Below, piece after piece: positions 20,029 to 29,102 of a stretch of 64,000 nucleotides of DNA. Numbering within the stretch: the stretch's first letter is position 1; each line of letters starts with the position of its first letter. The position numbers were made by a program, and so were the translations under genes. The stretch covers positions 64,001-128,000 of the forward strand of contig CAWJMB010000003.1 in assembly GCA_963843845.1 (NCBI GenBank). Reading direction: 5' to 3'. Origin of the DNA: an uncultured Gemmatimonadaceae bacterium. GTDB taxonomy: Bacteria > Gemmatimonadota > Gemmatimonadetes > Gemmatimonadales > Gemmatimonadaceae. The notes under the pieces are model-generated. The model saw nothing but the letters and a program-made list of their open reading frames with translations, was not told where the DNA came from and searched no databases.

Positions 20029-20053
20029 CATCTTTTCTTCCGCGCGTGACCCT
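20025..20053 (+). promoter_or_regulatory. Possible sigma70 promoter for tssB operon
   Basis: Perfect TTGACA at 20025-20030, 17-nt spacer, weak -10 GACCCT; AGGAG RBS before tssB. Confidence 0.3.
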
Positions 20054-20139
20054 TGCGCTGCTTCCACAGCACGCGCGCCAGCCGTCGAGCTGTCCGCGCC
20101 GCCCCCCGTCAGCACGCCCTCTCCCGTAGGAGCCTAGGT

Positions 20140-20658
20140 ATGGCCGACAGTACCCAGAAAAAGCTCGAGCGCGTTCGCCCGCCCCGCGTCGCCATCTCGT
20201 ACGAGGTCGAGACCGGCGGGGCCATCGAGAAGAAGGAGCTCCCGTTTCTCATGGGAGTCCTCGGCGACTTCACTGGTCAGCCGACGGAGCCGCTGCCGAA
20301 GCTCAAGGACCGGAAGTTCGTCGAGGTCACGCCGGACAACTTCGACGACACGCTCGCGAGCATGAAGCCGCACCTCGCGTTCACCGTGGAGAACAAGCTG
20401 TCGGAGGATGCGGACGCGCCGAAGCTCGCCGTCGACCTCAACTTCCGCAGCATGGACGACTTCTCGCCCGACGCCGTGGCCAAGCAGGTGAAGCCGCTGC
20501 GCGAGCTGCTCGAGCTGCGCACGCAGCTCGCCGACCTGCGCGGCTCGCTGCAGACGAACGAGAAGCTCGACGAGGCCCTCCAGGCGACGCTCGGCGACGA
20601 GGACAAGATGAAGAAGCTTCGCTCGGAGCTGGGACTCGGGGAGGAGACCAATGGCTGA
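20140..20658 (+). CDS. tssB: T6SS contractile sheath small subunit TssB
   Basis: RVRPPRVAISYEVE, ELPFLMGVLGDF, DNFD, SMDDFSPD. Confidence 0.97.
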   Translation: MADSTQKKLERVRPPRVAISYEVETGGAIEKKELPFLMGVLGDFTGQPTEPLPKLKDRKFVEVTPDNFDDTLASMKPHLAFTVENKLSEDADAPKLAVDLNFRSMDDFSPDAVAKQVKPLRELLELRTQLADLRGSLQTNEKLDEALQATLGDEDKMKKLRSELGLGEETNG

Positions 20659-22132
20659 AGCGCAGGCGGCGGGCGCCACGGGCGCCGCGGCGGACGCGGA
20701 GTTCTCGCTCCTCGACCAGATCGTCGACGAGGGGAAGGTCGGCGGGCGCGACGCGCAGGCGCGCGAGCGCGGCAAGGACCTCGTGAAGCGCTTCGTCTCG
20801 GAAGTGCTCGAGGGGTCGATCACGGTCGCGCGCGACACGGAGATGATGATCAACGCGCGCATCGCGCAGATCGATCACCTGCTGTCGTTGCAGCTGAACG
20901 AGATCATGCACCACCCCGACTTCCAGCGCCTCGAGGCGTCGTGGCGGGGGCTCAAGTACCTGCTGAGCCAGAGCGAGACGGGGACGATGCTCAAGATCAA
21001 GATCCTCAACGTCTCGAAGAAGGACCTGCTGCGCGACCTGCAGCGCGCGCCGGAGTTCGACCAGAGTGCGCTGTTCAAGAAGGTCTACGAGGAGGAGTAC
21101 GGCGTGTTCGGCGGCACGCCGTTCGGCGCGCTCGTCGGCGACTACTACTTCGACAAGAGCGGGCAGGACATCGAGCTGCTCGAGAAGGTGTCGAACGTCG
21201 CGGCGGCGGCGCACGCGCCATTCCTCTCGTCGGCGGCGCCCGAGATGTTCAACCTGACGAGCTTCACCGAGCTCGATCAGCCGCGCGACCTCGCGAAGAT
21301 CTTCGACACCACCGAGTACGCGAAGTGGAAGTCGTTCCGCCAGAGCGACGACTCGCGCTACGTCGCGCTCACCGGACCGCGCATCCTCATGCGCGAGCCG
21401 TACGGCAGCTCGACGGTGCCGATCGAGGCCTTCAACTACGAAGAGCGCGTCGACGGCAGCAACCACGACGCGTACCTCTGGGGTAATTCGGCGTACGCGC
21501 TCGCGGCCAACGTCAACAAGGCCTTCGCCGCCAGCGGCTGGTGCGCGACGATCCGCGGTGTCGAGAGCGGCGGCCTCGTCGAGGGGCTGCCGGTGCACAA
21601 CTTCCGCACGGAAGCGGGCGAGATGGCGATGAAGTGCCCGACCGAGGTGCAGGTCACCGACCGTCGCGAGAAAGAGCTCGCGGACCTCGGCTTCGCGGCG
21701 CTCGTGCACCAGAAGGGGACCGACAACGCCGCGTTCTTCAGCGTGCAGTCGGCGCAGAAGCCGAAGACCTTCGACACGCCGCAGGCGTCGGCGAGCGCGC
21801 GCCTCTCGGCGCAGTTGCCGTACATCTTCGCGACGTCGCGCTTCGCGCACTATCTGAAGGTCATGATGCGCGACAAGATCGGCGGCTACACGTCGCGCAC
21901 GCAGATCGACGCATTCCTGAATCGGTGGATTCAGGGCTACGTCACCGGCGACGACGCGAGCGCCTCGATCAAGGCGCAGCGTCCGCTCGGCGAGGCGCGC
22001 ATCGACGTCGTCGAGGTGCCCGGGAAGCCGGGCGTCTTCCGCGCCGTGGCGTTCATGCGTCCGCACTACCAGCTCGACGAGATCGGAATCGCGATGCGCC
22101 TCGTCGCCGAGCTGCCGCCGCCGGCGGCGTGA
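20651..22132 (+). CDS. tssC: T6SS contractile sheath large subunit TssC
   Basis: FQRLEASWRGL, EEEYGVFGG, AAAHAPF, LPYIFATSRFAHYLK. Confidence 0.98.
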   Translation: MAEAQAAGATGAAADAEFSLLDQIVDEGKVGGRDAQARERGKDLVKRFVSEVLEGSITVARDTEMMINARIAQIDHLLSLQLNEIMHHPDFQRLEASWRGLKYLLSQSETGTMLKIKILNVSKKDLLRDLQRAPEFDQSALFKKVYEEEYGVFGGTPFGALVGDYYFDKSGQDIELLEKVSNVAAAAHAPFLSSAAPEMFNLTSFTELDQPRDLAKIFDTTEYAKWKSFRQSDDSRYVALTGPRILMREPYGSSTVPIEAFNYEERVDGSNHDAYLWGNSAYALAANVNKAFAASGWCATIRGVESGGLVEGLPVHNFRTEAGEMAMKCPTEVQVTDRREKELADLGFAALVHQKGTDNAAFFSVQSAQKPKTFDTPQASASARLSAQLPYIFATSRFAHYLKVMMRDKIGGYTSRTQIDAFLNRWIQGYVTGDDASASIKAQRPLGEARIDVVEVPGKPGVFRAVAFMRPHYQLDEIGIAMRLVAELPPPAA

Positions 22133-22205
22133 GTTGAACGCGCGCGCCGTCGCGAAACGTCTTGGTGACGTTGCGGTGACGGACGCGCGCTAGTGTTGTC
22201 GCACA

Positions 22206-22235
22206 CGCCGCCGCGGGAACAGTCCCGCGGCGGCG
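22206..22235 (+). other. 13-bp perfect stem-loop in the tssC-hcp intergenic region
   Basis: CGCCGCCGCGGGA-ACAG-TCCCGCGGCGGCG. Confidence 0.6.
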
Positions 22236-22266
22236 ACCCCCCTCTCCACACGGACGGACAGCGACC

Positions 22267-22764
22267 ATGCCATTCGATTCTTATCTGGACCTCGGCAAGG
22301 ACTTCGAGGGCGAAGCGACCGCGAAGGGGATGGAGAAGAAGATCGAGATCTTCTCCTTCTCGTGGGGCGCGTCGGCCCCGGTCACGGTCGGCCCCGGCTC
22401 CGACGGGATCTCGGCGTCGCGCGTGAGCATCTCGTCGTTCAACGTCATGAAGAAGACCGACAAGGTCTCGCCGAAGCTCTTCCAGGCGGCCTGCCTCGGG
22501 ACGCACATCCCGAAGATCGACGTCTTCCTGCGCAAGCAGACCGGAAAGGGCGGACAGGACGTGTTCCTGTCGTACAAGTTCGAAGAGGCGATGGTCGAGT
22601 CGGTGCAGTGGTCGGGCTCGAGCGGCGGCGACGATACGCCGACGGAGTCGCTCTCCTTCGCGTTCTCCAAGGTGACGATCGAGTACAAGACGCAGGACGC
22701 GACGGGTAAGCTCCTCGCCGGAACGCCGGTCGTCTGGGATCTCACGAAGGTCTCGGCCGAGTAA
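22267..22764 (+). CDS. hcp: T6SS tube protein Hcp/TssD
   Basis: IEIFSFSWG, KTDKVSPKLF, PTESLSFAFSKVTIEY. Confidence 0.96.
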   Translation: MPFDSYLDLGKDFEGEATAKGMEKKIEIFSFSWGASAPVTVGPGSDGISASRVSISSFNVMKKTDKVSPKLFQAACLGTHIPKIDVFLRKQTGKGGQDVFLSYKFEEAMVESVQWSGSSGGDDTPTESLSFAFSKVTIEYKTQDATGKLLAGTPVVWDLTKVSAE

Positions 22765-22785
22765 GCGTCCGCCCAGGAACCGCGA

Positions 22786-23502
22786 ATGCCGACCGCACGC
22801 GAGCTGTACGCCGCCGGGCACCTCGACGCGGCGATCGACACGCTGGGCGCCGAGCTTCGGAGCAATCCGACCGACGCCCAGCGGCGCACGTTTCTGTTCG
22901 AGCTGCTGTCGTTCGCGGGTCAGTACGACCGCGCCGAGAAGCAGCTCGACGCGCTCGCGCGGTCTCGGGGCGGCGGCAGCACCGACGCCGAGCTCGCCGT
23001 GCTTCCGTACCGTGCGGCCCTCCAGGCGGAGCGCATCCGCGAGCACATGTTCGAGACCGGCGACTTTCCGGAGGGGACGGCGCCCGCCCCGGTCGCCGGA
23101 ACGCTGAACGGCCGTGCGTTCTCGTCGATCGAAGACGCGGACCCGCGCGTCGGGACGCGGCTCGAGGTGATGGCCGCCGGGAAGTACATGTGGGTGCCGT
23201 ACGCCTACCTCGAGGCCGTGCGCGTCGAGGCGCCGCGCATGCTCCGCGACGTGCGGTGGATGCCGGCGCGCGTCAGCACGAGCGCCGCCATCCGCGAGAT
23301 GGAGCTCGGCGAGGTGCTGCTCCCAGCGCTCACGCCGAGCGTGTGGCGCACCGCCGACGCCGAGCTGCGGCTCGGTCGGGCGACGGATTGGGAGGAGCTC
23401 CCCGACGGCGAGTACGTGCCGGTCGGGCAGAAGATGTTGCGCGTCGACGACGACCTAGTCCCATTCTCTGAGGTGCGCGAGCTTACGTTCGCAACGTCGT
23501 GA
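22786..23502 (+). CDS. tagJ: T6SS accessory protein TagJ (ImpE/SciE family)
   Basis: RTFLFELLSFAGQYDRAEKQL, IEDADPRVG, YMWVP, LRLGRATDW, PVGQKM. Confidence 0.9.
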   Translation: MPTARELYAAGHLDAAIDTLGAELRSNPTDAQRRTFLFELLSFAGQYDRAEKQLDALARSRGGGSTDAELAVLPYRAALQAERIREHMFETGDFPEGTAPAPVAGTLNGRAFSSIEDADPRVGTRLEVMAAGKYMWVPYAYLEAVRVEAPRMLRDVRWMPARVSTSAAIREMELGEVLLPALTPSVWRTADAELRLGRATDWEELPDGEYVPVGQKMLRVDDDLVPFSEVRELTFATS

Positions 23503-23611
23503 GTCTCACCGCGCGGCCAGCCCGGTACACCACCGAGCCGGTTCGCGACGCGTGGCGCGGGGCCTCGAAGCGTGAGGGCCGCGCCGCGCTCGTCTCTGCC
23601 CGTTCCTTCGC

Positions 23612-25486
23612 ATGCCCGTCGACACCGCGCTGATCGAAGCCGTTCTCGTTCCCGTCCCCGGCGACAACCCCGCCGGCGCGGATCTGCGCTACGATGCGCG
23701 CTACGACCAGATCAAGGAGGCGCGGCGCGAGGATCTCGACATCCCGGGCGGCGGCGAACGCAAGCTCGGCGACTGGCCGCAGGTCATCGCGCTGTCGCGC
23801 AAGCTGCTCGAGACCGAGACGAAAGACCTGCAGCTCGCCGGCTGGCTCGCCGAAGCGCTGCTCAAGCGCGACGGACTGAGCGGATTCGCGGCCGGACTCG
23901 ACGCGATGCGCGGGCTGCTCGACGGGTTCTGGGAGACCGTCTATCCCGCGTGGGACGAAGACGATCCGGAGCTTCGTGCCGGCCCGCTCGAGTGGGTCGG
24001 CACGCGCCTCGACGTCGCGGTGCGGCAGCTGCCGATCGCGCCGGGGGGCGTCACGCTGCTCGCCTACCAGGCGTCGCGCGGCATACCGACGGAGGACGAG
24101 GCAGAGAACAACAGCGACAAGCGGTCGGCGCGCGCCGAGGCGATCGCCGAGGGGAAGCTTCCGCCGGAGGAGGCCGATCGCGCCATCGCCGGCGCAACGA
24201 AGGCGTTCTACAAGGGCGTCGTCGCCGACGTCGACGCGGCGGGCACCGCACTCGCGGCGCTCGAGAAAGTGGCCGACGATCGCTTCGGACGCGACGCCCC
24301 GTCGTTCATGCGCCTGCGCGCCGCGCTCGACGACATGAAGCGCACGGCGTCGGCGATCCTCGCGCAGAAGCTGATCGACGACCCCGACCCGATCGTCGAG
24401 GAGCCGGTCGACGGCGCCGCGTCCGCCGAGGCGCCCGTCGCCGACGGTCCGCTCACTCCCGAGCCGGTCAGCGCGGCGGACGCGGCGGCGCGCGTCGGCG
24501 TGGCCGCGCGCTACCTGCGCAAGCAGGACCCGACGAACCCCGCATCGTACCTCATGGTGCGCGGCTTTCGCTGGGGCGAGCTGCGCGCGTCCGGTGACGG
24601 CGTGCCGAACCCGAAGCTGCTCGAGGCGCCACCGACGGCGATCCGCGTGCGACTCAAAGGCCTGCTCCTCGACGGCAAGTGGCCGGAGCTGCTCGAGCAG
24701 TGCGAGCAGGTGATGGCGACGCCGCAGGGACGCGGCTGGCTCGACCTCCAACGCTACGTGCTCACCGCGTGCGGTGAACTCGGCTACGACGCGGTGGCGA
24801 CGGCGGTGCGCGGCGAGTTGCGGGCGCTGCTCGCCGCCGTTCCGCGGCTCACGGAGATGACGCTCATGGACGACACCCCGACCGCGAACGCCGAAACGCA
24901 ACAGTGGCTCGACGGGGCCGGACTGACGGCGCCGGACGCCGCGGAGTCTGGCGATTCCGCGGAGGGGGGCGTACAGGCGGAGGACGCCGAGCTCGCCGAC
25001 CAGACGGACGCGATGGACCTCGCACTCGGCGAGGAGGATGCGACGAGCGAGCACGGGGGGCTGCGCGCCGGCACGCGGCGGCGCGCCGGCGCGTCGCTCG
25101 GCGCGGCGAAGGACCCGTTCGCGACGGCGCGCACCGAGCTGGCGCAGGGTCGCCCGAACCGCGCGATCGAGCTGCTGCTCGCCGAGCTGTCGCGCGAGCG
25201 GTCGCCGCGCGGGCGTTTCGTGCGACAGACACAGATCGCGTACGTCATGGTCGAGGCGGGACACCACAGCGTCGCCCAGCCGATCCTCGAGCGCCTCGTC
25301 ACGACGATCGACGAGCGGACACTCGAAGACTGGGAGGCGGGGCCGCTCGTGGCGCAACCGATAGCGCTCCTCTGCCGCGTCTACGACCAGACGGGAGAGG
25401 AAGGTGCGGCGTTCGTGCGGAACGAGCTCTACCTGCGCGTCTGCCGCCTCGACCCGCTGCAAGCGCTCGTCTTGCAGCGCGCCTGA
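23612..25486 (+). CDS. tssA: T6SS TssA (ImpA N-terminal plus VasJ-type C-terminal region)
   Basis: PVPGDNPAGADLRYD, KDLQLAGWLAEA, FWETVYP; RGFRWGE, WLDLQRY, LCRLDP-like end. Confidence 0.92.
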   Translation: MPVDTALIEAVLVPVPGDNPAGADLRYDARYDQIKEARREDLDIPGGGERKLGDWPQVIALSRKLLETETKDLQLAGWLAEALLKRDGLSGFAAGLDAMRGLLDGFWETVYPAWDEDDPELRAGPLEWVGTRLDVAVRQLPIAPGGVTLLAYQASRGIPTEDEAENNSDKRSARAEAIAEGKLPPEEADRAIAGATKAFYKGVVADVDAAGTALAALEKVADDRFGRDAPSFMRLRAALDDMKRTASAILAQKLIDDPDPIVEEPVDGAASAEAPVADGPLTPEPVSAADAAARVGVAARYLRKQDPTNPASYLMVRGFRWGELRASGDGVPNPKLLEAPPTAIRVRLKGLLLDGKWPELLEQCEQVMATPQGRGWLDLQRYVLTACGELGYDAVATAVRGELRALLAAVPRLTEMTLMDDTPTANAETQQWLDGAGLTAPDAAESGDSAEGGVQAEDAELADQTDAMDLALGEEDATSEHGGLRAGTRRRAGASLGAAKDPFATARTELAQGRPNRAIELLLAELSRERSPRGRFVRQTQIAYVMVEAGHHSVAQPILERLVTTIDERTLEDWEAGPLVAQPIALLCRVYDQTGEEGAAFVRNELYLRVCRLDPLQALVLQRA

Positions 25487-25529
25487 CGCGTGCGGAACGC
25501 ACGCCCCACGCCCGCCTGACGGACGCGCC

Positions 25530-26036
25530 GTGGCCCGCACCGAGATCGAGCGCGTCATCCAGCCGTCGCTGCTCGACCGCCTCACCGACTTCGAGCCCGG
25601 GGTCGCCGCGGACTCCGCGCTCACGCGCGACGAGTCGGTGCGACAGTTCCGCGCGGCGGTCCAGCGCGACGTCGAGATGCTGCTGAACACGCGGCGCACG
25701 ATCGCGCTCGCCCCCGCGTCGTGCCCGGAGCTGCACGATTCCGGGCACGAGTACGGGCTCCCCGACACGACGGGGATGCCAGTCGGCAGCAAGGCGGGCC
25801 GCGAGCGGCTCATCGCGTCGCTGACTGACGCGCTCGAGCGGTTCGAGCCGCGCCTCGGCGGCCCGCAGGTGCAGCTCATCCAGTCGGACCAGGTGCGCTC
25901 GCCGCAGGTGCGGTTCGTGGTGCAGGCGATGCTGCGGCTGGAGCCGAGCCCCGAGCGCGTCGTGTTCGACACGACCTTGGAGCTGGCGAGCGGCGAATAC
26001 GACGTCGACGAAGGCAAGGACGGAGGGGGGACGTAA
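25530..26036 (+). CDS. tssE: T6SS baseplate TssE (gp25-like)
   Basis: PSLLDRLTD, RDVEMLLNTR, YGLPD, FEPRL, VFDT; GTG start at 25530. Confidence 0.92.
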   Translation: MARTEIERVIQPSLLDRLTDFEPGVAADSALTRDESVRQFRAAVQRDVEMLLNTRRTIALAPASCPELHDSGHEYGLPDTTGMPVGSKAGRERLIASLTDALERFEPRLGGPQVQLIQSDQVRSPQVRFVVQAMLRLEPSPERVVFDTTLELASGEYDVDEGKDGGGT

Positions 26037-26041
26037 CCGTC

Positions 26042-27900
26042 GTGCGGGACGACTTGCTGCTGTATTACGAGCGTGAGCTGACGTACCTCCGCCGACTCGG
26101 CGCGGAGTTCGCGGCGCGGTATCCGAAGGTGGCGTCGCGGTTGCAGCTGGAGCCGACGAAGTGCGAGGACCCGCACGTCGAGCGGCTGCTCGAAGGGTTC
26201 GCGTTCCTCACCGCGCGCGTTCACCACCGGCTCGACGGCGATCTGCCGGAGGTCTCGGAGGCGCTGCTCGACGTGCTGCACCCGCAGCACGTGCGCCCGA
26301 TCCCGTCGCTGTCGCTCGTCGAGCTGGAGCTGGATCCGGAGCTGGGCAAGCTCCCCGGCGGGCACCACGTGCCGCGCGGCAGCGAGCTGCGCTCGGCGAG
26401 CGTGCAGGGGCTCGCGCTCCGCTTTCGCAGCTGCTACGACGTCACCCTCTGGCCGATCACCGTCGCCGCGGCGGAGTGGACGTCGGCCGACCGCGTGGTC
26501 GGCGGGGGGGTCCGCGTCGGCGAGGCGGTCGGCGCGATCCGGCTCGAGCTGCGCGCGTTCGACGACTTCAAGCTCGCGGAGCTGACGACCGACAGCGCGC
26601 TCCGCTTCTACCTCGCGGGCGACGCGACGGTCGCCGACACGCTGCACGAGCTCCTGCTCAACAACTGCCTGCGCGTGATCGTGCGCGACCCCGACCAGCC
26701 GTCGCGCGCGCCGGTCGTGCTCTCGGCGGGCGCGGTGCGGCCGGTCGGGTACGAGGAGCACGAAGCGATGCTGCCGTACCCGCGGCGCGCGTTCGCCGGC
26801 TTCACGCTCCTGCAGGAACTCTTCGCATTCCCGCAGAAGTTCCTGTTCGTCGAGGTCGGCGGCGTGGCCGCGGCGCTCCGAGCGTTAGGCGCCGGCAGTC
26901 GCGCCGAGCTGTCGTTCATCTTCGCGCCGTTCGAGCGCGCCGAGCGGCGGCAGGCGGTCGAGCTCGGCGTGAACGCGCGGACGTTCCGGCTCGGGTGCAC
27001 GCCGATCGTCAACCTGTTCGAGCAGATCGCGGAGCCGATCCTGCTCACGCAGCGTCAGCCGGAGTACATCGTCGTTCCCGACGCGCGGCGCCGGCTCGAG
27101 ATCGAGACGTGGTCGATCGACTCGGTGACGGGGATCACGCCGGGGCAGGGCGACCCGATGCCGATCGAGGCGTTGTACGCGCTCCGCCCGGGCGCGACGG
27201 GGGGCGCGCCGACGCGCGCGGCGTGTTCTGGCACGCCGTGCGGCGCGCGACCGAGTGGCGCAGCGACGAGGGGACCGAGGTCGCGATCTCGTTCGCGGAT
27301 CTGTCGGGACGGGTGCGCGCGCCGGACGCCCAGGTCGCGTCGATGCGCGTGACCTGCTACAACGGCGACCTGCCGAACCACCTGCCGTTCGGCGTCGACG
27401 AGCGCGGCGATTTCGAGCTCGTGCAGGGGGGGCCGATCCGCCGCGTGCTCGCGCTCGTGAAGCCGACGCCGGTCATCCAGCCGCCGTTAGGCAAGCCGCT
27501 CTTGTGGCGGCTCATCTCGGCGCTGTCGCTGAACCACCTGTCGCTCGTCGAGAACGGGCGCGACGCCCTGCGCGAGCTGCTGCGGCTGCACAACGCCGGC
27601 GACTCGACCGGCGGCGAGCGGCAGATCCAGGGGCTCGTCGGCGTCACGAGCGCGCCGTCGTACGCGCGCGTGGCAGCCGACCAGGGCATCGCGTTCGCGC
27701 GCGGGCGACGCGTGGAGCTCGAGTTCGACGAGGAGCAGTTCCCGGGCGGCGGGATGTTCCTGTTCGCGAGCGTGCTCGAGCGCTTCCTCGCCATGTACGC
27801 GTCGATGAACAGCTTCACACAGCTCGCCGCGCGTTCGCGCCAGCGGAAGCGCGTCGTGCGCGAGTGGGCGCCGCGCGCGGGCGCGAGAACGCTGATATGA
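26042..27900 (+). CDS. tssF: T6SS baseplate TssF, one frameshift near 27200
   Basis: YYERELTYLR, DPHVERLLEGFAFL, LGCTPIVNLF in ORF 26042..27352; LWRLISALSLNHL, LERFLAMYASMNSF in ORF 26161..27900. Confidence 0.92.
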
Positions 27901-27922
27901 GCGGGCGCCGCCGCAGGCGCGT

Positions 27923-29053
27923 ATGACGGGGCCGCGCCGAAGCACGCGCACCGATCAGTTCGCGGCGCTGCGCGTGCCGCGTGCGACGGCGGAGCCGCTC
28001 GCCCACGCGACGCCGGCCGCGCGCGACGAGGCGAGCGCCGACGCGGCGCGACTCGAGGCGGCGATCCGCGACGACTTCACCGGCTTCTCGTTCTTTCAGC
28101 TGATCCGGCTGTTGGGTCAACTGCGACCCGCGCGCGCGCCGCTCGGCGAGTGGGCGGACCCGACCGACGAGGTCGCGCGCCTCGGCGTGACGAGCTCGCT
28201 CGCCTTCCCGACGAGCGAGGTCGAGTCGCTGACGCTGCCCCCGCGGGACGACGCGGTGCCGGTGCGGATGCGCGTGAACTTTCTCGGCCTCACGGGATCG
28301 CAAGGGGTGCTGCCGCAGCGCTACAGCGAGCACTCGGCGGAGCGCGCGCGCGCGCGCGACACGGCCTTCCGCGACTTCCTCGACCTCTTTCACCACCGGC
28401 TGCTGTCGCTGTTCTACCGCGCCTGGGAGCAGACGCGCTTTCCGGTCGCGGCGGAGGCGGGGCACGAGGACCGGCTGTACGACCACCTGCTCGACCTCGC
28501 CGGGCTCGGGCTGCCGGAGCTGCGGCGGCGACTGCCGGTGCGTGACGAGGCGCTCGCCTTCTACAGCGGGCCGCTCGCGATGCGCACGCGGCCGGCGGAC
28601 GGGCTCGCGCGGCTCGTCGGCGACTACTTCGACGTCCCGACGACGATCGAGCAGTTCGTGGGCGAGTGGCGTCACGTCGGCGACGCGGGGCAGGCGACGT
28701 TAGGCGGGGACGACCTGCCGAGCCAGCTCGGCTTCGGCGTGCTCGGCGCGGAGATGTGGGATCCGCAGGCGCGGGTGCGGCTGCGGCTCGGGCCGCTGAC
28801 GCGCGAGCAGTTCGACGCCTTCCTTCCCGGCGGCGTGCACTACGAGGCGTTGCGCGCGCTGGCGGATCTGTATGCCGATACGCAGGTTGGGGTCGACGCG
28901 CAGCTCGTGCTGTCGCGCGACGCGATCACCCCGTTCGTTCTCCGCGTGCCGGGCGACGACGAGTCGGGCGTGACCCGGCTCGGTCGCGGAAGCTGGCTCG
29001 TGAGTCGCCCGGCCGCCCGCGACGCGGACGAGACGGTGTTGCAGCTTTGTTGA
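27923..29053 (+). CDS. tssG: T6SS baseplate TssG
   Basis: FFQLIRLL, NFLGLTGSQGVLP, DFLDLFHHRLLSLFYRAW, FDAFLPGG. Confidence 0.93.
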   Translation: MTGPRRSTRTDQFAALRVPRATAEPLAHATPAARDEASADAARLEAAIRDDFTGFSFFQLIRLLGQLRPARAPLGEWADPTDEVARLGVTSSLAFPTSEVESLTLPPRDDAVPVRMRVNFLGLTGSQGVLPQRYSEHSAERARARDTAFRDFLDLFHHRLLSLFYRAWEQTRFPVAAEAGHEDRLYDHLLDLAGLGLPELRRRLPVRDEALAFYSGPLAMRTRPADGLARLVGDYFDVPTTIEQFVGEWRHVGDAGQATLGGDDLPSQLGFGVLGAEMWDPQARVRLRLGPLTREQFDAFLPGGVHYEALRALADLYADTQVGVDAQLVLSRDAITPFVLRVPGDDESGVTRLGRGSWLVSRPAARDADETVLQLC

Positions 29054-29102
29054 GAGCCCGGCAGTCCCGGCCATCCCGATTCACTCCTAGGAGATCCCTC
29101 GC

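Noticed and set aside
23483..26761. Long antisense ORFs (also 7946..10009, 11948..14005, 31673..34972, 47082..50084, 50038..52821, 57107..59773)
   Set aside because: They are shadows of real genes, caused by stop-codon scarcity at high GC, and carry no recognisable motifs
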